From contig NJBH01000017.1 of the NCBI GenBank assembly GCA_005223125.1, forward strand, positions 19,891-83,890: a stretch of DNA of 64,000 nt, in the 5' to 3' direction. Source of the DNA: Promethearchaeota archaeon Loki_b32. GTDB lineage: Archaea > Asgardarchaeota > Lokiarchaeia > Sigyniarchaeales > SOKP01. The translations under genes were made by a program, and so were the position numbers. The notes beneath the pieces are model-generated. The model saw only the letters and a program-made list of their open reading frames with translations. It was not told the origin of the DNA and did no database searches. The number at the start of each line of letters is the position of its first letter. The first letter of the stretch is position 1. This document shows positions 1-10,504 of this stretch, in pieces.

Positions 1-2
1 AT

Positions 3-922
3 CCTGGAGAAATAATTGAAAGATATGGAGCAGATGCAGCAAGATTCTTTATTTTATTTGGAGCAAGTCCATCATCAGGTTTAGAATGGTCTGAAGAGGG
101 TGTAGATTATGCTTATAAGTTTATTAAAAATACATTTATTTTGTTATCTGAACCTCCTAAAATTATACATAAGAATTTATCGATAAGAGATACATTAATC
201 CAATATTATTTAAATAAGACAATTAAAGAATTTACAGATAATATGAAGAAACTCGCAATTAGAAATGCTGTAAATAATTTGATACAATTTACGTCAGAAT
301 TTGGAAAATACAAAAATGAAGGGATAATCGAAGAGGTTTTTGAAGATTGTAAGGAAAAATTAATCCTATTATTTCATCCTATAACCCTCATATGACAGAA
401 GAAATCTGGGAAATGATTGGTAAAAAAGGTTATGTGAGTTTAACATCATGGCCTTCTTACGATAATGAATTACTTACACAAGAATCTGATTACAAATGGA
501 ATCTGATGAATAATATCATTGATGATATTAATAAGATAAAGCTTGCTCTGAAAAAAGATTCTTTAGAAAAGATCTCCATAATTATAGCAGATCAGTGGAA
601 ATTAAGGTTTTATTCTAAATTCATGTCATTATTAGAAGAAACTAAGAATCAAGGAGAAATAATAAAAATTTTAATGCAAGATAATGAATTAAAAATGTAT
701 GGGAAATTCATAAGTCAAAATGTTGGTAAAATACTGAAAAATGTAGGAAAATACCCAAAATTTACACTCCCCTCGAAAGAAGAATTTCTATTTTTTAATG
801 AAATAAAACCTGTAATAGAGAAAAAATTCCGCTCTGAAGTACAAATCAAATTTGAAAAAGATTCAAATGAACAAAAAGCAGCCCAAGCACTCCCTGGTAA
901 ACCAGCGATCGTTATTTTTTAA
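3..922 (+). CDS. leuS: Leucyl-tRNA synthetase, C-terminal part (5' end outside window; apparent frameshift at ~385-387)
   Basis: Frame from nt 3 reads PGEIIERYGADAARFFILFGASPSSGLEWSEEGVDYAYKF (post-KMSKS region). It continues ...LLFHPIT, then in another frame HMTEEIWEMIG..SWP...ALPGKPAIVIF. One extra C in the CCC run at 385-387 restores HPITPHMTEEIW. Confidence 0.85.
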
Positions 923-1086
923 AAATTTTTATTGAAAGAATGAAATCAAATTATGTAATAGGTTAAATTTCTATACGATTTTATTAACTTAAGATTAAAG
1001 AAATTATTATAAATTTAAATATATTAAATTTTGTAAAAAAAACAGTGAATTAATTAAAAAATATAAGAATATTATTTCAAAAATAA

Positions 1087-1956
1087 ATGACTATATATGA
1101 ACTTAGTATTATTTCTACTACTGGATTTCCTTACTTCAATACATTAATTAAACCTATCCCGGAAGGTGTAAAAATATTTCTTAGATTTTTTGATTTTTCT
1201 AAAGAAATGTCTATAGTTCAAGATCAACTAGATATGAACTCAAAATTCGACCTTACTGCGGGCTTAATATCGGCCCTTTTTGAATTTGCTAGAAATATTG
1301 ATAAAAAAATAGAAGTACTTGAATTTAAGCCTAAAAAAGAAAAAGAAATACATAAAGATTTCAAAAAAAAAGGGAAGTATCAAGGAGATGTATTAATCAC
1401 CACACAGACAGAATCATTTCTATTACATAAATCAGTTAGAGAAAAAACCAAACTAATCTATACTAATTTTATAAATTCTAAAATTCCACTTGATTCTGCT
1501 GAAGTGATTTATGAAAATGAAGAAAATAAAATAATTGACATTTTAACAGATTCCAAAGCAAGAAAAAAAATATCAAAACATCGAAATGATATTAAGCGTA
1601 TCGCAAATGATTTCTTGAGTGAAATGAAAGATTATGGTTTATGGGGTATTTGTATCACTTCTTTTGATCTTTCTCCATTAGTCACTTTTGGGAGAAAATA
1701 TTCATTAGAAAATGTATATGAAATTTTAAGACATATTGGATATATTCCTGAAATAGTTCCTTTGGAATGGATATATAGACAATCTTTTTTTTCTGATGAA
1801 CAAATTCAAGTTTGCATTGTTAAATCAAATGTTGGCCCTACAATTGAAAATATTTTGTTTGAACCATACTTTTATTTGCTGTTTGCAGATCCTCAGAGTT
1901 ATTTTGGTGAGTTTCCAGCAAAACTTACTTCTTCTTTTAGTACAATTCTAGGATAG
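1087..1956 (+). CDS. Hypothetical protein, possible longin/roadblock-like domains
   Basis: 289-aa ORF; N-terminal IYELSIISTTGFPYF strand and LTAGLISALFEFAR helix resemble Asgard longin-like domains. Confidence 0.45.
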   Translation: MTIYELSIISTTGFPYFNTLIKPIPEGVKIFLRFFDFSKEMSIVQDQLDMNSKFDLTAGLISALFEFARNIDKKIEVLEFKPKKEKEIHKDFKKKGKYQGDVLITTQTESFLLHKSVREKTKLIYTNFINSKIPLDSAEVIYENEENKIIDILTDSKARKKISKHRNDIKRIANDFLSEMKDYGLWGICITSFDLSPLVTFGRKYSLENVYEILRHIGYIPEIVPLEWIYRQSFFSDEQIQVCIVKSNVGPTIENILFEPYFYLLFADPQSYFGEFPAKLTSSFSTILG

Positions 1957-2030
1957 TAAAATATATTTACAAAGATACTATGAAAAGCTCTAATAAAATA
2001 AGATAAAAAAATATAAAATTTAAAAAGTTT

Positions 2031-2801
2031 TTATCTAATTGATTTGTCAGCAGCTTCTATTATCTGAAAAAATGAATTTGCTTGTAGTGAAGCCCCTCCA
2101 ACTAGGCCTCCGTCGATATTATTTTTATTAAACAAATCTTCTGCATTATCTGGTTTAATTGAGCCCCCATATTGTATTCTGATGGAGTCGGCAGTCTCTT
2201 TATCAAATTTTAGACTCAAAAGATCTCGAATGAACATATGAATTTCTTCTGCTTGTTCTGGAGTAGCAGTTTTTCCAGTACCTATCGCCCAGATTGGCTC
2301 ATATGCTATAACAGTTTTTATCATCTCTTCTTTTGAAAGATCTTTAAATGTTTCATTAATCTGATACTGTATAATATCTTTTGCTTTTCCCGTCTCTCTC
2401 TCTTCTAGATGTTCCCCTATACATACAATGGTTTTTAAATTCATAGATAAAGCTTTTTTGAGTTTTTTATTAATTAAAGCATCTGATTCTTTAAAGATGT
2501 CTCTTCTTTCACTATGGCCAAGAATGACAAATTCTACTCCAATTTCTTTTAAAAATTGTGGTGAAATTTCACCAGTATAAGCTCCTTTATCTTTATAATA
2601 CATGTTTTGTGCTCCTAACTTGATGTCTGTATTCTTTAAAACCTTATAAGCACTAGTTAAAACTGTGAAAGGTGTTGCTATTACTATATCGACAGAATCA
2701 ATTCCTTCTACCTGTGGAATTAAACTTTCTAACATTTCTACTGTTTCATTGGGGGTTCCTCTATTCATTTTCCAATTTCCCCCAACTATAGGTTTTCTCA
2801 T
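2031..2801 (-). CDS. tpiA: Triosephosphate isomerase (bacterial/eukaryotic type)
   Basis: GNWKMN, ILGHSERR, AYEPIWAIGTG, YGGS and DGGLVGGASL motifs; 256 aa. Confidence 0.97.
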   Translation of the reverse strand: MRKPIVGGNWKMNRGTPNETVEMLESLIPQVEGIDSVDIVIATPFTVLTSAYKVLKNTDIKLGAQNMYYKDKGAYTGEISPQFLKEIGVEFVILGHSERRDIFKESDALINKKLKKALSMNLKTIVCIGEHLEERETGKAKDIIQYQINETFKDLSKEEMIKTVIAYEPIWAIGTGKTATPEQAEEIHMFIRDLLSLKFDKETADSIRIQYGGSIKPDNAEDLFNKNNIDGGLVGGASLQANSFFQIIEAADKSIR

Positions 2802-2927
2802 CTTTTTTCCTCTGAAATTTTATTAATTCTGCATTAATTTCACGGTATAATTCAATTATAGAATTAGTCTATAAAATTCTAACGAATCTTTAAATAAAAT
2901 TTTCCAGCAAAAAGAAATAAGAAAAAA

Positions 2928-3431
2928 TTATTCTGTTTTAGGAAGTTTTTCACTTAATTTTGTTGCTTCTAATAATTTTTTTACTTCACTCACATCGGGA
3001 TTCATGATTGCGGGTAATCCCAATTGAGTACGTCGCCTTTCAATAGCGGGTTGCATAGGAATGGCTTTGCCATGTTCCAAAACAGTTGAAGCTTGGCCAG
3101 TATAATGAGTGGGGGCTTCCCCTCGCTCCACGCTCATGTTTTTTAGAATTGTGAAAATTTCTGTAAGCTCAACTTTCTGAGGACATACTTCATCACAAGT
3201 ATCACATACAGTACAACCCCAAATGCTAAATGAATTTTCTGAACCAAATATTTTTTCCTTAAGTCCTAATAAAGCATCTAAAATTAAACGTCTTGGGTTA
3301 TATCTGCCTTCAGTTACTTGTGCTACAGGACACGCACCACTACAAGTAGCGCATTGATAACAATATGCGAGAGTATTACCAATATCATTACCAAGAATTT
3401 GATTTCTGAAATTAAAATCTATAGTTGCCAT
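2928..3431 (-). CDS. hdrC: Heterodisulfide reductase subunit C-like 2x[4Fe-4S] protein
   Basis: CYQCATCSGACP, YNPRRLI and WGCTVCDTCDEVCPQ motifs; RRTQLGLP C-terminus. Confidence 0.88.
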   Translation of the reverse strand: MATIDFNFRNQILGNDIGNTLAYCYQCATCSGACPVAQVTEGRYNPRRLILDALLGLKEKIFGSENSFSIWGCTVCDTCDEVCPQKVELTEIFTILKNMSVERGEAPTHYTGQASTVLEHGKAIPMQPAIERRRTQLGLPAIMNPDVSEVKKLLEATKLSEKLPKTE

Positions 3432-3659
3432 TTGAGATGATCAGTTTGTAATAATATTATATAATATAACTTATTGTTGATTTTAAAATTAATTCTTTTA
3501 AAATCGCGTTTTTAAATTGGAATTAGTCTTTTCTTTTATTTATTTTTGGAGAAATGATTTTTTATTGTAAATGAAATTAATAAAAGTAATTAAATATTTA
3601 TTCTCTCAATAATATTTTAAAACAAACTTAATAGGAAATTATTTAAAAATTGAGATGAT

Positions 3660-4016
3660 ATGACAAATATAGAAGAACTAAAAGAATTTGGATTCGAAAT
3701 TACGGAGGAAATGAAACAAGGGAAGGTCATTATAGATGTCTATACCACATGGTGCGGACCCTGTCGTTTTTTAAGCCCAATTTTAGAAAAATTGGATGAA
3801 GAAGGATTAATAAAGCTATTGAAAGAAGATCTTGATCAAAATAAACCTCTTGGAGAGAAATTTGGAATTACAGCAATACCTACACTCCTCCTCTTCAACA
3901 ATGGTGAACTCTTGAATCATCCTATAGAAGTTCAAGGGCAATTACTTGTAAGAAATGGAATTATGGTTGGTTCAGCTGGAGAACAAGTTCTTAGAGAAGT
4001 AATTGAAAAAATGTAG
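3660..4016 (+). CDS. trxA: Thioredoxin
   Basis: WCGPC active site and cis-Pro motif AIPTLLLF. Confidence 0.9.
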   Translation: MTNIEELKEFGFEITEEMKQGKVIIDVYTTWCGPCRFLSPILEKLDEEGLIKLLKEDLDQNKPLGEKFGITAIPTLLLFNNGELLNHPIEVQGQLLVRNGIMVGSAGEQVLREVIEKM

Positions 4017-4280
4017 GCAATAACCTCAATTTAAAATTAATTTAAAAATTTCCAATTCCTTTTTAAAAAGAGATTATGGATCTCCTATATCAATGATAGA
4101 TTTTCTGATTTTTTTGATGAAAATATTTAATAGATAATGGGATTAATTAATGGAAATTATCCTTAATTAATTAAAGAAACATAGTTTTAATAGAATTTAG
4201 ACCTAATTTAGAAATCATACAAATAATCTATTAATCAGATTAAAAATTTTTTATTTAATGTAAGATTTCATAATAGAACT

Positions 4281-4793
4281 ATGAATTATTCAAGGAAAGA
4301 TTTAGTACAAACTGATGCCACTATGAATCAAATGCGTAACAGCATTTACATTCTAGAGCGCTTCATGGAAAAAAACGGAGTTCTTGATTTGAAAGAAAGA
4401 TTAAGAAAAATGGGACTAAATATAGCTAAAACTTATATTCGATACTGGAAACCAACAAATGTTGTCACAAGTTCGAATTTAAAAGATGTTATTACAACTA
4501 TTTATCAAAAAGTACTTAACAGTTCTACTTCAATTGAAATAGATGATACGGAGAATTTAATTAGAGTTCAAGACTATAGATGTGCATTATGTAAATATCA
4601 TTATGATGATATTGAAATTGCTGGATGTGAAATTACTTTAGGAATGGTATCTGGAATCATTTCTCTTATTAGTAAAGAATCTAGCGATCCTTCTTCTATA
4701 TTTTTAGAACCATATGAAGTAAAAGAATCTCGAGCATTAGGAAACAAAACATGTATTCAATTATATAAATACGAAATAGGGAGGAAACTCTAA
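4281..4793 (+). CDS. V4R-domain (Bet3/TRAPP-fold related) protein
   Basis: CALC...GCEITLGMVSG...KESRALGNKTC pattern typical of V4R. Confidence 0.7.
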   Translation: MNYSRKDLVQTDATMNQMRNSIYILERFMEKNGVLDLKERLRKMGLNIAKTYIRYWKPTNVVTSSNLKDVITTIYQKVLNSSTSIEIDDTENLIRVQDYRCALCKYHYDDIEIAGCEITLGMVSGIISLISKESSDPSSIFLEPYEVKESRALGNKTCIQLYKYEIGRKL

Positions 4794-4795
4794 AA

Positions 4796-6268
4796 ATGGG
4801 AGCATTTCAGTGGCTAATGAAGAAGATAACAAAAACTTTTGGGCGTTCTACTAACGCTTTATATTATACATTACTTTATAGAGAGGTTCTTAAGGAGATC
4901 AATGAGATTACTAAAAATGAAGAAGATAGCTTAATTATCCTTAGAGAAATCGGAAAGAGAGCTGCTTATGAATCTTGTGAACGGCATTCAAGTATTTTTA
5001 AATTTATGCCAGGATCTCCTAAAAAAGTTTTGGATTATTTCGAGATTCTCTGGGTTGTAGTATTTGGGAGAGAACTAGAAGATTATACCTATGAAGAGAT
5101 ACTTAAAGAGGGTTCAAAATATAATGATTATGTTTTAAAAATCAAAAATTGTCCGATCTGCGCAGATTATGGCCAAGATAATGAAGATATCTTTACTTTT
5201 GAAAAGTTAAAGGATAGAAATACAGAAGGATTGGCTTGTGGACTTTGCGGAATGTTAGAAACTGTAGCTAACTTTATATTAAAAATAAAAAGGAATAATT
5301 ATAGGATTCAAATTGTGGAACAAGCATGTATTGCTAAAGGAGGAGATTCCCTACAATTTATCTGTAAAATACACGATCTAAAAGAATGGAATGACCTTAT
5401 GGATTCAAAAATTCAAGAGAAAAGTATATTAAGAAAATATTTTGGAGAAACTATTAAAGAAGAAGAAATTGTTCAAGAAACTAAACTTGATATTATCGAT
5501 AAACTACAAGATATTATTTCAATTGACAAATTAGAGGAATATCTTGATGAACCATTAGAAGGTATTAAGGAGAGACTTTCAGATATCATTAAAGATAAAT
5601 TGAATATGGAACCCGAGCACTTTTTTGATTATTTTAGGAATTATGAGGATGACATGATTCGGATTATTGGGTACCTCGGAACTCATCTCTTAAATGAATA
5701 TGGTGGATTATTGGAAAAATCTCTCCAGAACGAATGGTTTGCAAAAATTCTTGGATATGTTTTTAAACAATTAAAAGAAATGACTTTATTATTCATTCCT
5801 CTTGATGTAATACGAGATTATAATTTATTACTTGTAAGTTTTCTAGAGGGTTTAGCACCACAAGAAATGGTTGATAATGTGAAGCTCTTTACTGCCAAAG
5901 ATACAATTAACTATCTTTTTGATGGTGCCCAAATGGCTCTAGAAAATTTGGGTATTAATTTTTCTGAATTAAAAGAAAATATTTGGGAAGAATTAAAAGA
6001 AGAACGCGAGAACGGATTAATCTCGTCAGAAACATCTACTATTGATAGATCTCGTGAGAAAGTGCCTCAAATCATCAATATTATTCAAGAATTCTTGATG
6101 GTACTCAATGATATACTAACTTTACCAATAAGAGTCTTAATATCAGAAAGCCATTATGGATTAAAAACAGCGATTAATTCAGTTGTATCTGAAGAAGAAG
6201 GTTTATATGGTTCAATTAGAGAACGTTTTGATAATATTTTTGATCAGATTCAAGAAGTAAGGAAGTAA
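4796..6268 (+). CDS. V4R-domain protein with long acidic helical C-terminal region
   Basis: LREIGKRAA, NCPIC, ACGLCGMLE and EQACIAKGGD motifs; 2 nt downstream of the preceding V4R gene. Confidence 0.65.
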   Translation: MGAFQWLMKKITKTFGRSTNALYYTLLYREVLKEINEITKNEEDSLIILREIGKRAAYESCERHSSIFKFMPGSPKKVLDYFEILWVVVFGRELEDYTYEEILKEGSKYNDYVLKIKNCPICADYGQDNEDIFTFEKLKDRNTEGLACGLCGMLETVANFILKIKRNNYRIQIVEQACIAKGGDSLQFICKIHDLKEWNDLMDSKIQEKSILRKYFGETIKEEEIVQETKLDIIDKLQDIISIDKLEEYLDEPLEGIKERLSDIIKDKLNMEPEHFFDYFRNYEDDMIRIIGYLGTHLLNEYGGLLEKSLQNEWFAKILGYVFKQLKEMTLLFIPLDVIRDYNLLLVSFLEGLAPQEMVDNVKLFTAKDTINYLFDGAQMALENLGINFSELKENIWEELKEERENGLISSETSTIDRSREKVPQIINIIQEFLMVLNDILTLPIRVLISESHYGLKTAINSVVSEEEGLYGSIRERFDNIFDQIQEVRK

Positions 6269-6270
6269 TA

Positions 6271-7746
6271 TTACTGTTTTTTATCATTTCTTTCATATTT
6301 ATTTACATTATTTTTGTTTTCATTCTTTAATTTTTCAGTCTCATAAATTTCATAAAACCAATTTGTTATATATTGAAAGAAAAATCTTTCCCTTAAAATG
6401 TCATAATGGGATTTTTCTTTTAGACTTGTCAATTTTGCAATATCTTCTGATTTTAATAGTCCTCTTGCAACTAAATCCATTCGAGCTTTATATTGATCCA
6501 TCATTTTTATTGGTCTCAAAATTGCATGAATTGCATTTGTAATTTTATTTTCAACTCTTTTGAGATTATTCTCTGAAAACTTTTGATATTCACCATCCTC
6601 TAATAGAAAATTTTTAATATTTCTTAAAACGGACTCTTTTTCAAAATAACTGATTAATTCTTTTTTATCCAATGCATCGATAAGGTAGTTTACAACTTTT
6701 TCGATAGTAATTTCTTTTATGTGTAAGTTTGTCATTTCTTTTCCCAATTTTTCAATAAATTGTGTTTTCAAGAATTTTTTAAACTTGATTATAATAGCTT
6801 TATTTTGTCTTGTATCTGAGCATATTTCAATTACTTCTCCTTTAGGAGTAGAATATGTAAAACCTAGACCCTGTGGTCCTAAACCTCCATGAAGAACCAT
6901 GGATAAGTTATAAAATTTATAGTTATTCTTTTTTAAAACTTTACTTAAATTTTTGATAATATTATTTGGAGATACAAGATGTTTCTTAATCTCTTGATTT
7001 TCATGTTCTTCTTCCGTATCATAATAAAATGTTCGATATCTATATAATACCTCAAATTCTAATAATTCTTTAACTTTATTGGTTAATTCTTCCTCATGTT
7101 TTTTAAATTGGCTTTCATTAAATGGATAATTCTCCTTAAAAACTTTAATAAAATTGTCAATTGGGCTTATATTTCTAACGCTAAGCCCATAAATAGAATA
7201 TTGGTTAAAAAAAATATTCTTGATATAATGCATTAGTCCATCACGATCAGGAATAAAAGAAATTGGACTTTTTATAAAAAACTCGTAAAGTTCTTGAGGC
7301 ATTACTTTATAAACATATAAAATAAATGAATTCGACACTTTGCCAAATAAATCATTTAAATTTGCTAAAAACAAGGTATCTTTCTTAAGATTCCTTAGAC
7401 TATATTTTTCTAAATTGCTTATATCTCTTTCTAAAAAATTATATTCATTACAAAATCTTAAAGTATCAAGGATTTCTCCTAATGCTGAAGTTTGATATCC
7501 AGTGGATATTTTATCAATGCTATTTAAAAGTAATTTTGAAATAATATCAAATCTGTTGGGAATTTTTTTAATATCAATAAAAAGATTGAAATCAACAGAC
7601 GCATTGAATAACAATTCGAAAGCTTTAAATTTCCTAGCTTTAAGACATTTGGTAAGTTTTTCGTAATAAACTCTTTCAAGTTTATTTTTATCTTTTATCT
7701 TTAATAATTCTGTTTTAAACTCGATAAAAAGTTGATTTGATATCAT
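6271..7746 (-). CDS. Hypothetical protein
   Basis: 491-aa ORF; Gly-rich motif GGLGPQGLGFTYSTPKGEVIEICSD; no family recognised. Confidence 0.6.
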   Translation of the reverse strand: MISNQLFIEFKTELLKIKDKNKLERVYYEKLTKCLKARKFKAFELLFNASVDFNLFIDIKKIPNRFDIISKLLLNSIDKISTGYQTSALGEILDTLRFCNEYNFLERDISNLEKYSLRNLKKDTLFLANLNDLFGKVSNSFILYVYKVMPQELYEFFIKSPISFIPDRDGLMHYIKNIFFNQYSIYGLSVRNISPIDNFIKVFKENYPFNESQFKKHEEELTNKVKELLEFEVLYRYRTFYYDTEEEHENQEIKKHLVSPNNIIKNLSKVLKKNNYKFYNLSMVLHGGLGPQGLGFTYSTPKGEVIEICSDTRQNKAIIIKFKKFLKTQFIEKLGKEMTNLHIKEITIEKVVNYLIDALDKKELISYFEKESVLRNIKNFLLEDGEYQKFSENNLKRVENKITNAIHAILRPIKMMDQYKARMDLVARGLLKSEDIAKLTSLKEKSHYDILRERFFFQYITNWFYEIYETEKLKNENKNNVNKYERNDKKQ

Positions 7747-7817
7747 AGCATTGCTATCAAGTCATAGGAAACCTATGAAAATAAAATTTTGTATAAAAAA
7801 ATATTAATGAATAATAA

Positions 7818-8189
7818 CTAATCTAATAATTCCGCGATTTTCCTAGAAACATTCTCAATATTTAAGAAAACCATCCCAAGCGAAGCATCATTTTTTGTAA
7901 GAGTACATAATATAGCGTTTTCTCCTGCTTTTGATAAAATAATTTTGCCATCAACACCTTCTATAAGAATTCTCTTTAGATCTCCTCGAGCAAGTTCTTC
8001 TACGGCGCGTTCTGAAACACTTAAAATAGCAGCACTCATTGCACTTACAATCCCGTCATTAACATCTCTAGCAAGAACAGAACAGATGGGTAAACCTTGA
8101 ACGCTAACGATAGCGCTGCCTTGAATATCGGAGTTGACTGCTTCCATTCGCCTCAAAAGGTCAATGAGTTCGCTGATATTTTCACTCAA
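7818..8189 (-). CDS. Roadblock/LC7 (MglB/LAMTOR-like) domain protein
   Basis: GSAIVSVQGLPI, VSAMSAAILSVSERAVEEL and LGMVFL pattern; TTG start behind AAGTTGA. Confidence 0.92.
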   Translation of the reverse strand: MSENISELIDLLRRMEAVNSDIQGSAIVSVQGLPICSVLARDVNDGIVSAMSAAILSVSERAVEELARGDLKRILIEGVDGKIILSKAGENAILCTLTKNDASLGMVFLNIENVSRKIAELLD

Positions 8190-8354
8190 AGATTTATCAA
8201 CTTGAACAAATAGTAGGTTATTGATCTAATAATATAATAATATTATAATATTATTTTTATTTTTAATTTTAATCTAATTTTAATAAAAACTTTATTAATA
8301 AAGTTAATACTTATTTAAAAAATATTTTTATCAAAATCCACATTAGTTATTATA

Positions 8355-9332
8355 ATGACTGAGAATGAAAAAATAAAAAGCGAAACTCAAGAAGAAAAAA
8401 GTAAGGAAGAATTGGATAAAGAAAAAGAAGAAAAATTAAAAATAGAATCACTTCAAAAAGCCGGGAAAATTGCACAAAAAGTTAAAGAGTATATCAAGCC
8501 TAAAATTAAAGTTGGGGCGAAAGTGTTTGATTTAATATCTGATACCGAAGCAAAAATCGAAGAATTAGACGGATTATGCGCTTTCCCTGTAAATTTAAGT
8601 ATAAATAATATTGCAGCACATTATACCTCTCCTATAAAAGACGATGGCTTAGAAATAACCGAAGAAGATTTAGTTAAGATTGATTTAGGAGTGCATATAA
8701 AGGGATATATTGTAGATACTGCTTATTCTGTAAATTTTAATGAAGATGAATCACTTGAAAATATAATTCAAGCAACTGAAGTAGCTCTTAATGCTGCAAA
8801 GATGATGGTTAAGCCAAAAACAAATACCCAAGATATAGGTAAAAAAATTGAAGATATTGTTAAAGGTTTTAAATATAACCCAATTAGAGAACTTGGTGGT
8901 CATCAAATTGAAAGATGGACTGTTCATGGTAAAAAACAGTTACCCGAATTAGGATCTCAAGGTGGTGATATAATGGAAGAAGGTGAGGTTTTTTCTATTG
9001 AAATATTCGCTAGTACTGGTGAGGGCTCAGTTCATAACACCCAATATTCATACATTTATGAAATTAACCCTTATGCTGGGAGAGTACCATTACGCAGAAA
9101 GACGTCTAAACAACTTCTTGGCTTTATTAATAAAAATTATAAAACTCTTCCATTTGCAGAGAGATGGTTAGCAAAAGAATTTAGGTTGGGGGTAGCTTTT
9201 GGACTTCAAGAATTAATACAACAAGGGAAATTACAAGCTCATTACGTACTATCAGAAAAAAAAGGTGCTTATGTAGCTCAATCAGAAGAAACAATCTTAG
9301 TAACTGAAGATGGGTATGAACAATTAACTTGA
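8355..9332 (+). CDS. map: Methionine aminopeptidase type II
   Basis: AFPVNLSINNIAAHYT, KIDLGVHIKGYIVDTA, GHQI, EIF and AQSEETI motifs. Confidence 0.95.
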   Translation: MTENEKIKSETQEEKSKEELDKEKEEKLKIESLQKAGKIAQKVKEYIKPKIKVGAKVFDLISDTEAKIEELDGLCAFPVNLSINNIAAHYTSPIKDDGLEITEEDLVKIDLGVHIKGYIVDTAYSVNFNEDESLENIIQATEVALNAAKMMVKPKTNTQDIGKKIEDIVKGFKYNPIRELGGHQIERWTVHGKKQLPELGSQGGDIMEEGEVFSIEIFASTGEGSVHNTQYSYIYEINPYAGRVPLRRKTSKQLLGFINKNYKTLPFAERWLAKEFRLGVAFGLQELIQQGKLQAHYVLSEKKGAYVAQSEETILVTEDGYEQLT

Positions 9333-9373
9333 ATTAATCATTATTGATACTCACAAGACCTTTCTAATTCAAA

Positions 9374-10486
9374 ATGGATAAATTAAATATATGTTTCGTT
9401 TCTTTAACATTTGCTCCTGATGCTCAAGACGGAGCAGCTAAATTTTTCACTGGGATTTATAATTATTTTAAAAATCAAGGTCATAATGTTAAAGTTATTA
9501 CGGGGAAATGGAATAAAGAAATTTTAGATCCAGATATTTTACAAATTGAGATAATTAGAAGACGATTTTTTTGGTTTCCACAATTTAATTTACACACTAT
9601 AAAATATCTAATGAAAAATGAATTCGATATCATTCATGGAAACAGTCCTAAAGGAGTTTTGCCTATAATCTTAGCTAATAAGAAGCAATTCATATCTACG
9701 ATTCATGATTTAGGCCCATTCGAGACGACCTTTACGAGAATTCCAATTGAAAAATTGTTGATTAAATACGCAGTTAACAAATCGACTTATATTACAACGT
9801 GTTCTGAATTTATAAGAAGAGAGATCAAGTATTACATACCAAAAGTTGCTATTAATAAAATCTTCAATCTCTATTCTGCGATTGAAGATAAATATAAACC
9901 TCTTCCTAAAGAAGCTCAAAAATTAAAAGAAGAATTAAATATAAGAGGCCCAATTCTTTTATATATAGGGCGTATAGCTAAATATAAAGGAGTAAGTGAT
10001 ATTATTAAAGCTTATCAAATAGCAAAAAAGGAAATACCTGAGCTTAATTTAGTCATGGGAGGTAAACCTGACTTTTACATGGAAAATACATACCAAGAAT
10101 GGAAACAGAAATACAAAGATATCTATTTTGCTGGTTTTATTTCTGAAAAAGAGATTCCTGCATATTATTCGATGGGAGATATATTTGTGACATATTCATA
10201 TGCTTCTGAAGGGTTTGGTTTAACACCAGTCGAAGCGATAGCATGCGGAACTCCTGTTATTTGCTCATCAATGGTTGCTTATAGAGAGGTTTTAAAAGAT
10301 AATGCCATTTTAGTGCCTCCTAGAAAACCTAAACAATTAGCAGAAGAAATTATTAATTTGTTGAAAAATGATTCTAAAAGACAAATGTTAATTGAAAAAG
10401 CTCAGGAATTTGTAAAAAGATATACATGGGATGAGGTTGGTAAAAGACTTGAAGTTCTTTATCAAAAATTTATCAATAATAAATAA
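9374..10486 (+). CDS. GT4 family glycosyltransferase
   Basis: YIGRIAKYKG and EGFGLTPVEAIACGTPVI motifs. Confidence 0.92.
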   Translation: MDKLNICFVSLTFAPDAQDGAAKFFTGIYNYFKNQGHNVKVITGKWNKEILDPDILQIEIIRRRFFWFPQFNLHTIKYLMKNEFDIIHGNSPKGVLPIILANKKQFISTIHDLGPFETTFTRIPIEKLLIKYAVNKSTYITTCSEFIRREIKYYIPKVAINKIFNLYSAIEDKYKPLPKEAQKLKEELNIRGPILLYIGRIAKYKGVSDIIKAYQIAKKEIPELNLVMGGKPDFYMENTYQEWKQKYKDIYFAGFISEKEIPAYYSMGDIFVTYSYASEGFGLTPVEAIACGTPVICSSMVAYREVLKDNAILVPPRKPKQLAEEIINLLKNDSKRQMLIEKAQEFVKRYTWDEVGKRLEVLYQKFINNK

Positions 10487-10504
10487 AATTTAACTTGAAG
10501 TAGT

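Noticed and set aside
141-395. 84-aa and 176-aa ORFs as two separate genes
   Set aside because: They are consecutive parts of one LeuRS separated by a 1-nt frameshift.
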